DNA of 13,967 nt from Candidatus Hermodarchaeota archaeon. Lineage in GTDB: Archaea > Asgardarchaeota > Hermodarchaeia > Hermodarchaeales > Hermodarchaeaceae. The notes beneath the pieces were generated by a model. The model was not told where the DNA came from and did no database searches. It saw only the letters and a list, made by a program, of their open reading frames with translations. Made by a program: the position numbers and the translations under genes. The DNA is taken from positions 1-13,967 of the forward strand of contig JAEOUH010000021.1 of the NCBI GenBank assembly GCA_016839365.1, read 5' to 3'. Below are positions 1 to 6,313 of this stretch, one piece after another (position 1 is the stretch's first letter; each line of letters starts with the position of its first letter).

Positions 1-48
1 GATCTTCTCGCTGCCTCATATCGGGGTGACTCTCTCAAATAAGGCGAT

Positions 49-648
49 TCAGATTCCTGCTAATTTGTAAATACGTTCTCGGTTCTTTTCGACAATTGTG
101 CTTATCTGTTCGAAGAGGTTTTCCCCAATAGAATCAATGGAAATGATCAGAGGTCCGAACTTTTCTACCTCCATAATCCAAAGCGCTTCAGGCATGCCAA
201 GGTCAAGCCATTCCGCGCTTACTATTCGACGAATTGCCTTAGCGGCTAATACTGCAGCACCGCCAGTGAAGGCCCCATAAACTGCACCGAACTGTTTCAT
301 TGCCAGGGCTGTCTTGGGTCCCATTCCTCCTTTTCCAATGATAACACGAACACCAAAAGCTTCAATGAATTTGTCTTCGAACATTTCCATCCGCGTGCTC
401 GTTGTCGGACCCGCGGCTACAACCTCCCATCCAGACTCTGTTTCTCTCACAATGGGTCCACAATGAAATACACATAATCCAGAAGGATCAATCGGTAGCG
501 CCTTATTCTCTTTAGACCATTCAAGGGCTCGTTCATGGGCTTCATCACGGGCAGTGAATATTGTTCCTGTTATGTAAACAATGTCATTTACGCGAAGCTT
601 TCGAATGGTCTCTTCTGAGATCGGGGTAGTTAAGTCGTAGGTTGGCAT
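49..648 (-). CDS. Fe-S hydro-lyase (class I fumarate hydratase / L-tartrate dehydratase family), beta subunit
   Basis: Motifs TARDEAH, HCGP, GPTTSTRM, IGKGG and DLGMPEA are typical of the beta (C-terminal) subunit. ATG at 648 is preferred over TTG 657 because a GAGGT SD lies at 662-658. Substrate (fumarate vs tartrate) cannot be fixed from sequence. Confidence 0.93.
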   Translation of the reverse strand: MPTYDLTTPISEETIRKLRVNDIVYITGTIFTARDEAHERALEWSKENKALPIDPSGLCVFHCGPIVRETESGWEVVAAGPTTSTRMEMFEDKFIEAFGVRVIIGKGGMGPKTALAMKQFGAVYGAFTGGAAVLAAKAIRRIVSAEWLDLGMPEALWIMEVEKFGPLIISIDSIGENLFEQISTIVEKNRERIYKLAGI

Positions 649-653
649 GTAGA

Positions 654-1529
654 TCAAACCTCATGTGAAGTAAATGTCACTTTTCCTTCCTTCGAAATAA
701 TGGCCGAGGCACGTCTGGCGGCCCAGCATTGGACGGCAAGACCAACAGGAAATGAAGCAGGATGTCTCATCGCTACATCGATATGTACATCCAAAGTTGT
801 AGTGTCTCCACCTAAGCCCATGGGGCCAATACCTATCTCATTAATGGCAGACAATAGATCTTTCTCCAACATAGCAATTTTCGCGTTTGGATGTCGTTGG
901 CGTACCGGTCTAAGCAATTGTTCTTTTGCGATTTTCATGCAGATGTCCGCCCCTCCTCCTATTCCAATTCCAAGAATTGTGGGTGGGCAAGGCTTAGCGC
1001 CTGCCTCGATTACTGAATCAATTATGAATTTCTTCATTCCGTTCAATCCTTGTCCAGGAGTTAGCATTCCTAGCTTACATACATTCTCTGATCCTCCCCC
1101 TTTTGGCAATGCAGTGATTTCTAGATCTGTTCCCTCAACTACCTTCCAATTAATCCAGGGAATGTAAAGACCAGTGTTATCTCCTGGGTTCTTATGCAGA
1201 ATAGGATCTACGGTATTAGGTCGTAGTGGAATTTCCTGCGTTGCTCTCTTAACTGCTTGGTCGATGATAAGTGGAAGTTGGTGAAGTAGTGGGAATTTCG
1301 AACCGACCGTTAAATAGAATATCTGGATCCCTGTATCTTGGCACATTGGAATTGCGTTATTCCTTGCAAGACTTATATTATCTAAAATGGCTCTTAGTTG
1401 GCTCTTAGCGGTGCTGTTGGTCTCTTTTGCTAATGCTCGTTCAAGACCTTCAGAAACATCAGAAGGTAAATCGGTTACAGCCAGCCGAAGAAGGGTCACG
1501 ATGGCGTCTTCTAATTTAGAATCCTGCAT
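654..1529 (-). CDS. Fe-S hydro-lyase (class I fumarate hydratase / L-tartrate dehydratase family), alpha subunit
   Basis: PMCQDTG, PKGGGSEN, KPCPP, GPMGLGG, HPASFPVG and QCWAARR motifs, including the three cluster Cys. ATG 1529 is preferred over TTG 1535 (AGGAG SD at 1543-1539). Confidence 0.94.
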   Translation of the reverse strand: MQDSKLEDAIVTLLRLAVTDLPSDVSEGLERALAKETNSTAKSQLRAILDNISLARNNAIPMCQDTGIQIFYLTVGSKFPLLHQLPLIIDQAVKRATQEIPLRPNTVDPILHKNPGDNTGLYIPWINWKVVEGTDLEITALPKGGGSENVCKLGMLTPGQGLNGMKKFIIDSVIEAGAKPCPPTILGIGIGGGADICMKIAKEQLLRPVRQRHPNAKIAMLEKDLLSAINEIGIGPMGLGGDTTTLDVHIDVAMRHPASFPVGLAVQCWAARRASAIISKEGKVTFTSHEV

Positions 1530-1570
1530 TCTCAACAGCTCCTAATTCAGGAATACCTGAGAATGCAAAC

Positions 1571-2161
1571 CTATGTTCCTATTCTTTTAGGTTGTGCAAG
1601 ATTTGATCCCAGCAGAATTTGTCGCAGAACCCCTTGCAAGATTTCGAGGGTGAATGAACCTTGTGTGGCTACCGTTTCAAAAATCTGGGATGTGCCGTTA
1701 AGTCCAAGCGTATTGATGAGTTCAAATCGGCTAATCATAGGCCAAATATCCCGCTTATTTAAGGCAAAGATTACTGGGATTTCATCCCCCAGCCGATCTC
1801 CAAAGAAACCCTTGAGTTCTTCCCAACATCGTTGGTTTTCCTTTACTAAATTTGGATTAGAATCCGCTACAAAGACGATTCCATCAGTTCCTGCAAGAAC
1901 GGTCGAGCGCGTTTCTGCATAATAATCTTGACCAGTTGCTGACCAAATATGAATCTGAATAACCCATTCACCATGTGAAAGCTCAATGGGTCCATAATCA
2001 AAGAACAGGGTTCTACCAGAAGTTGTCTCGATGGATTCTAGCCGAGATAAGATATTAAGACGGGAAAAAAGGGCACGAATACTTTCTGTTTTTCCACTCA
2101 TGGCAGGGCCGTAATAGACGATTTTTGTTTGAATGACTCGTTGGCTCCAATCAATTAGCAC
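1571..2161 (-). CDS. mglA: MglA-family small (Ras-superfamily) GTPase
   Basis: N-terminal IDWSQRVIQTKIVYYGP, G1 GPAMSGKT, switch I GRTLFFD (MglA signature with the intrinsic Arg), G3 SATGQ (MglA TVPGQ), DGIVFVADS, G4 NKRD, G5 TVAT. GTG start with a GGAGG SD. Confidence 0.9.
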   Translation of the reverse strand: MLIDWSQRVIQTKIVYYGPAMSGKTESIRALFSRLNILSRLESIETTSGRTLFFDYGPIELSHGEWVIQIHIWSATGQDYYAETRSTVLAGTDGIVFVADSNPNLVKENQRCWEELKGFFGDRLGDEIPVIFALNKRDIWPMISRFELINTLGLNGTSQIFETVATQGSFTLEILQGVLRQILLGSNLAQPKRIGT

Positions 2162-2176
2162 TCTTTTTCCTCCAGA

Positions 2177-3067
2177 TTAGATTGTCCAGAATCCCTCTAG
2201 TCGATCTCCAAACGCTTGTCCTGTCCCGTCTTGTACAGAGGTCTGGAAATCTTCGCCCCATTCAGCTATAATGAACTCCATCAGGCGGTTTATAGTCGCT
2301 CCTTTGTAATCCACTGCCTGCTGAAGCATCTTATCAGATATTACTGACTTTACTCCAACTCCTTGTAATAACCGAAGTCGTAACAGAATAATCATGACTC
2401 TCCAGGCCGCCTCTACAAACGCCTGGATGTGTTCACGGTAAAGGCTTTGTCGGATACGCTCTTCCTCTTGGTTGAGATCAACCAGGCTCTTTTCAAGCCG
2501 CTCACTTACTTTGCCTTGTGCAGCCCTTTTTAGGATTCTAGTTATTCTTTCAATCTTGGTGCGTGTTTCGGAAGTAACCTTTTCTAGCAATTTGTGTTCA
2601 AAATTCGTTTCAGAAAACGTGCTCGAATCTCCATTAGATTCGATTTTAAGTTTACCTTCACTGAACCGCAGAGTCAATGGAAGAACAGAAGACTTGGCTA
2701 ACGTCTGCTTGATGTCTTCTAGATGAACCTGATCGGTTGCTATTACCCATCCTTTATAATCTGTAATCTGGTTTGAGACAAGTTGCGCCGAAGATGATGG
2801 GGCACGATAAATCATTCGCTCTCCGTTATAGTCACCCTTTTCATGGTGAACCATCTGCTCATGTTCTGAATAGGATACAAAATCTGATCCGAAAACCATC
2901 TCGCGACGATGTGGCACAAGCTGAACCAACGACTCAGCAACCGAATCTACAGATTCGGACAACTCACCATAGATGATTATTGGGTGTCGATCTAATATTG
3001 TACGTAATACGATAGCCAGTTGTTTTCTTCCAAGGGTAAATAGCCCATTGTCCAGAAATGTGCTCAT
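2177..3067 (-). CDS. Uncharacterised protein with a DENN/folliculin-like core and a helical C-terminus
   Basis: 296-aa ORF whose start overlaps the upstream stop (ATGA, 3067-3064). The N-terminal helix-strand-helix-Pro pattern LFTLGRKQLAIVLRTILDRHPIIIYGELSESVDSVAESLVQLVP resembles the cDENN core by eye. The ORF is confident; the fold assignment is inferred. Confidence 0.6.
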   Translation of the reverse strand: MSTFLDNGLFTLGRKQLAIVLRTILDRHPIIIYGELSESVDSVAESLVQLVPHRREMVFGSDFVSYSEHEQMVHHEKGDYNGERMIYRAPSSSAQLVSNQITDYKGWVIATDQVHLEDIKQTLAKSSVLPLTLRFSEGKLKIESNGDSSTFSETNFEHKLLEKVTSETRTKIERITRILKRAAQGKVSERLEKSLVDLNQEEERIRQSLYREHIQAFVEAAWRVMIILLRLRLLQGVGVKSVISDKMLQQAVDYKGATINRLMEFIIAEWGEDFQTSVQDGTGQAFGDRLEGFWTI

Positions 3068-3990
3068 CGTGCAATTGCCTCCAAAAAACCATCCACATCT
3101 ATAGTCGGTTTCTGTGCTGGGGGTGCTTGTTGTAGCACCAATTCAATCTCAGCTATGAAATTTGGAATAATCAATCTCAGCAGACCAAGACGGGTCGAAT
3201 CCTTCTGAATTAAGGTACTAAAAAGGCCTCCCGCTAGCCGGTAGATGAAGTGTTGCCTCGAACCACAATCGCATAGAACCTGAAGAATCTTTGTTCGTTT
3301 GATTAATTGGGCGACTTTTCGAGACGTATCAAATAGAGTATAGGTTAGCGTGGAATCACGAATACGCTTTCCCTCGTTGAATCGCTGTGTCGGAATTAAA
3401 TAGCCTCCTTCAAGACAAACTTCACCTGTTTGAGCAGAAGGCAATGCCTGAAGAAAATCAGTGACAATCGCCGTTATTTGTTGAGCGGCGTTTTCGGTAA
3501 TTGTCATATTCAAAGTACCTGTTGACCAATTCTGCTGTGGTCCATCTCGAACACTAAACGCATTACAGATTTGAGTACGTTCTGCTTTCTCAAAGGATCG
3601 CAATGGCGGAATAAACTGCTCATTCCATAGAACCTCGTCTAAATGAGAAATAACCCGCTCTAATTGCAAAAATAGGGCTCCTAAATTACTTTGGCTTTGG
3701 GTCGTTACTGTAACGAAATAGTTGGCAGCTCGAGGAAGCGTGGCTAATAAGAATTTACTGCGTTCTCCTTCAATAAGCACATATGATAAATCGTCATGGA
3801 GCCTTTGTGCCACCGATAAGATTGCAGCAGCTGAAGATGATAAACCAAAAATCTCATTCTCTGATAACCAAACCCCACTACTAGAAATGGGGTAGCCATC
3901 TCTTTGAACTAATACCGAGTTCTCTACACCAGGAACCGATTTGATATTCTGTAAATGCACATTGAACTGGTCTAACATCCTATAGGACAT
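3064..3990 (-). CDS. Tandem Roadblock/LAMTOR2 (MglB-like) domain protein
   Basis: Domain 1: LQNIKSVPGVENSVLVQRDGYPISS...SSAAAILSVAQRL...VLIEGE...NLGALFLQLERVISHL, a classic roadblock. Domain 2 (about aa 165-285): CLEGGYLI...LFDTSRKVAQ...QVLCDCG...RLGLLRLII, the same layout but diverged. Confidence 0.85.
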   Translation of the reverse strand: MSYRMLDQFNVHLQNIKSVPGVENSVLVQRDGYPISSSGVWLSENEIFGLSSSAAAILSVAQRLHDDLSYVLIEGERSKFLLATLPRAANYFVTVTTQSQSNLGALFLQLERVISHLDEVLWNEQFIPPLRSFEKAERTQICNAFSVRDGPQQNWSTGTLNMTITENAAQQITAIVTDFLQALPSAQTGEVCLEGGYLIPTQRFNEGKRIRDSTLTYTLFDTSRKVAQLIKRTKILQVLCDCGSRQHFIYRLAGGLFSTLIQKDSTRLGLLRLIIPNFIAEIELVLQQAPPAQKPTIDVDGFLEAIAR

Positions 3991-4024
3991 TCTCTATATG
4001 CTCCATAATTTGAACAAGTTTGCT

Positions 4025-4058
4025 CTATAAAAACCAACAAAACTTTGGAAAACGAAAA
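4025..4058 (-). terminator. Oligo-T tract after the tRNA (probable terminator); TTTATA within it may be the TATA box of the roadblock operon
   Basis: Minus strand TTTTCGTTTTCCAAAGTTTTGTTGGTTTTTATAG directly after the CCA. TTTATA lies about 36 nt upstream of ATG 3990. Confidence 0.45.
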
Positions 4059-4174
4059 TGGTGCGGGGGGTGGGATTCGAACCCACGAAGGTCTACACCA
4101 CAGGAGCCTCAGTCCTGCCCCTATAATCAAAACAGGTTAATCCTGTTTTTTAGACCATGCTCGGGTACCCCCGC
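4059..4174 (-). tRNA. tRNA-Leu(GAG) with 28-nt intron (4150-4123) at position 21/22; CCA encoded
   Basis: Minus strand: acceptor GCGGGGG/CCCCCGC + ACCA; anticodon arm CAGGA-CTGAGGC-TCCTG (GAG at 4110-4108); long variable arm GGT-GTAG-ACC; T arm GTGGG-TTCGAAT-CCCAC. Removing 4150-4123 gives an 88-nt tRNA with a normal D arm, CCCGAGCATGGTCTAAGGG. Confidence 0.96.
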
Positions 4175-4205
4175 AAAGGGGATACCCTTCTCGTCTTCTC
4201 AACGC

Positions 4206-4220
4206 TTTTAAAATTTTTCT
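4206..4220 (-). promoter_or_regulatory. BRE-TATA promoter of tRNA-Leu
   Basis: Minus strand reads AGAAAAA-TTTTAAAA: a purine-rich BRE directly followed by a TATA box about 32 nt upstream of the mature tRNA 5' end. Confidence 0.7.
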
Positions 4221-4345
4221 TGATAAAGGGCTGACCCATTTGGCGCCAATCACTCAAACAAACATTATACTCAAGTGAAGCACATTATTCCTCTCTTCTT
4301 ACGATTGGAAAATCTAAATTCTCCGATTTTTAGGCTCGCATGAGA

Positions 4346-4485
4346 GGTAATACTACACTTTTTCAGCCTGTTTAACAAATAGAACCAAGAGCGCCCGAAG
4401 TTTCACGCGTTTTAGCCTCTCCCGTCTTATCTTTTTAGGGCTAGGTAATACCCTGATAATACTAGAACCTTTTCAGGATAATATC
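4346..4485 (+). promoter_or_regulatory. Direct repeats G(G/A)TAATA(C/T) upstream of cdrS-ftsZ: candidate RHH operator
   Basis: TAATACT 4348-4354, TAATACC 4446-4452, TAATACT 4457-4463, TAATATC 4479-4485. The last three are spaced 11 and 22 bp apart. Confidence 0.6.
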
Positions 4486-4505
4486 TAGGAGTGACCCTGA
4501 TTGCA

Positions 4506-4673
4506 ATGAAACTAATCACTGTTAATCTACCAGAAGCTTATGTCAATGGGATTGAACGGCTGATTCTCGAAAAACTGTATCCCAATCGAAGTGAAGCTAT
4601 TCGAATAGCCGTAAGGGACTTGTTGAAAAAAGAACTATGGGAGCCGAACATTCCACAACCGAAAGCCAGGTGA
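4506..4673 (+). CDS. cdrS: Ribbon-helix-helix (CopG/Arc/MetJ) regulator, CdrS-like cell division regulator
   Basis: MKLITVNLPE...IERLI...YPNRSEAIRIAVRDLL is the RHH signature. It lies directly upstream of ftsZ, as in the conserved archaeal cdrS-ftsZ2 operon. GGAGTGA SD at 4488-4494 favours ATG 4506. Confidence 0.88.
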   Translation: MKLITVNLPEAYVNGIERLILEKLYPNRSEAIRIAVRDLLKKELWEPNIPQPKAR

Positions 4674-4681
4674 ATGAAAAA

Positions 4682-6010
4682 ATGGAAAGCGGAATATCGA
4701 AGCTAGTTCGTGATGCAACTCAACGCCCAACTAAGACGGTTGCCCGGTATTCACAACCAGGGGCAAGAATTATGGTTGCTGGCATTGGTGGAGGAGGAAA
4801 TAATACGATTAACAGGTTAGTACAAATCGGTATTCAAGGTGCAGAATGTATCGCAGTTAATACCGATCAACAACATCTCGATCATGTACAAGCCCATAAA
4901 AAAATACTCATTGGAAAAACAATCACGAGGGGGCTTGGTACAGGGGGATTTCCCGAATTAGGAGCGGCCGCTGCAGAAGAATCACGTCAAGATCTAACGA
5001 ATCTTTTACGAGGAGTTGATTTGCTATTTATTGCTGCAGGGCTAGGAGGGGGCACCGGAACAGGTGCAGCTCCTGTTATCGCTGAAATTGCGAAGCAGAA
5101 TGGGGCAATTGTAGTGTGTACTGTGACTACACCATTCACCATTGAAGGCGCGAGAATTGACAAGGCTCATCGGGGTCTCCAACGTTTACGGAGATACGCA
5201 GACACAGTTATCGTTATTGATAATAATAAACTACTTGAAATTGCACGAGATTTACCAATAGATGAGGCTTTTAGTGTTGCCGATGAAATTCTTGCAAGTA
5301 TGGTGAAAGGAGTTACCGAAACCATTAGCTTACCTAGCTTGATTAACCTAGACTTTGCAGACGTTCGAAGTGTATTAGCTGGAGGCGGGGTTGCATTAGT
5401 TGGGTTAGGAGAAGCCACGCAATCTGATACTAAGGACTCCGATCGTATTTCAGAGGCTGTGAAGAATTCTCTCCACTCTCCATTACTTGGTGATTTAAGC
5501 GTAAAAGGTGCTACTGGAGCGCTGATTCATGTTATCGGTGGTCCCGATCTCAGCCTTGAAGAAGCGACTCGTGTTGCCGATGTGGTCACTCGCCAAATGA
5601 GACACGACGCAAGGATTATTTGGGGTGCACGAATCATACCAGATTTCGCTGGTTATGTCCGTGTTCTTCTTATTGTTACCGGGTTAGAGGGAAATTCGGC
5701 AGTCTTACCAGGGTTCCGAGGAAACATCGAGATTTTTGAGGATGTTGATTGGAACTCTCTTCAACTTTATCGCTTAGATTCAGCGGTAAGTGATGCTACA
5801 CAGGAAGAAGAGGAACTCATAGGTGCTACGCCTGTATTTCGTTCCTTTGATTCAGTCAAAGCCACCCAAACTCAAGCAGACGCTTCAATCACTCACACCG
5901 ATAACGGAAACATTGACGAGGAACCTTCAATCTCCCTCATTAGTACAAGTGTTTCAGGAACTCAGCCTTTACAGGGGCTTGGACTGAAAAAGATCGAATC
6001 GACTTCCTAA
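4682..6010 (+). CDS. ftsZ: Cell division GTPase FtsZ (FtsZ2-like)
   Basis: GIGGGGNN, NTD, GLGTGGFPELG, tubulin signature GGGTGTG, T7 loop LINLDFAD. The segment VKGVTETISLPSLINLD and the linkage to cdrS point to the FtsZ2 subfamily. AGGTGA SD at 4668-4673 favours ATG 4682 over 4637. Confidence 0.97.
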   Translation: MESGISKLVRDATQRPTKTVARYSQPGARIMVAGIGGGGNNTINRLVQIGIQGAECIAVNTDQQHLDHVQAHKKILIGKTITRGLGTGGFPELGAAAAEESRQDLTNLLRGVDLLFIAAGLGGGTGTGAAPVIAEIAKQNGAIVVCTVTTPFTIEGARIDKAHRGLQRLRRYADTVIVIDNNKLLEIARDLPIDEAFSVADEILASMVKGVTETISLPSLINLDFADVRSVLAGGGVALVGLGEATQSDTKDSDRISEAVKNSLHSPLLGDLSVKGATGALIHVIGGPDLSLEEATRVADVVTRQMRHDARIIWGARIIPDFAGYVRVLLIVTGLEGNSAVLPGFRGNIEIFEDVDWNSLQLYRLDSAVSDATQEEEELIGATPVFRSFDSVKATQTQADASITHTDNGNIDEEPSISLISTSVSGTQPLQGLGLKKIESTS

Positions 6011-6048
6011 TGTTAGTATTTGACATTCAGGTCCTGTCGCACCGTGGG

Positions 6049-6264
6049 TTATCCACCAATCCAACCAAGAAATGCTTGTCTTAATTGATCAAGTTGTATA
6101 ATGATAGACTGAAAAAGACCCTGGGACCATCCCATTACATCTAAAATTACGGTAATCAAGATTGTAATGGTCAATATGGCTAATCCTAACAGAAGGCCCT
6201 GTTCGATAAGTGGTGATCCTCTTTTATTCCGAAGAAATTCTTTGATTAGTTTTAGCCTAGTCAT
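6049..6264 (-). CDS. Small Flp-like type IV pilin with class III signal peptide
   Basis: Basic leader ending FLRNKRG|SPLIEQGLLLGLAIL: cleavage after Gly, Glu at +5, then a hydrophobic helix. Mature length 55 aa. Last gene of the ATPase-TadB/C run. Confidence 0.85.
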   Translation of the reverse strand: MTRLKLIKEFLRNKRGSPLIEQGLLLGLAILTITILITVILDVMGWSQGLFQSIIIQLDQLRQAFLGWIGG

Positions 6265-6297
6265 GTCATAGTCACATGAAAGAGTCTCCTCATAGGA

Positions 6298-6305
6298 TAT
6301 TTAAG
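6298..6305 (-). promoter_or_regulatory. TATA box of an internal pilin promoter
   Basis: Minus strand CTTAAATA about 34 nt upstream of the pilin ATG, inside the 49-bp intergenic gap. Confidence 0.5.
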
Positions 6306-6313
6306 CCCCCCAA

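Noticed and set aside
98-2976. Plus-strand ORFs 98-280, 700-1167, 1563-1922, 2472-2726, 2773-2976
   Set aside because: Antisense shadows of well-supported minus-strand genes, with no recognisable motifs.
4059-4100. tRNA 3' end as an integration (att) site for a mobile element
   Set aside because: No integrase or transposase and no duplicated tRNA fragment seen in the window; the flanking genes look chromosomal.
4020-4211. 63-aa ORF (WCGGWDSNPR...)
   Set aside because: It is the antisense translation of the tRNA-Leu gene.
4262-4485. CRISPR array or replication-origin (ORB) reading of the short repeats
   Set aside because: Repeats are only 7-9 bp (one pair about 19 bp), with no regular spacers, no ORB G-string, and no cas or cdc6 nearby.
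4637-4681. Longer ftsZ start at ATG 4637 (and cdrS GTG start at 4491)
   Set aside because: The 4637 start would overlap cdrS by 37 nt. SD positions support ATG 4682 and ATG 4506.
4682-6010. CetZ or tubulin instead of FtsZ
   Set aside because: GGGTGTG, NTD and the NLDFAD T7 loop, together with the cdrS linkage, are FtsZ-type.
6009-6027. AATGTTA-GTATT-TGACATT hairpin between convergent ftsZ and pilin
   Set aside because: Weak AT-rich stem with a wobble pair and no T-tract; not enough to call a terminator.
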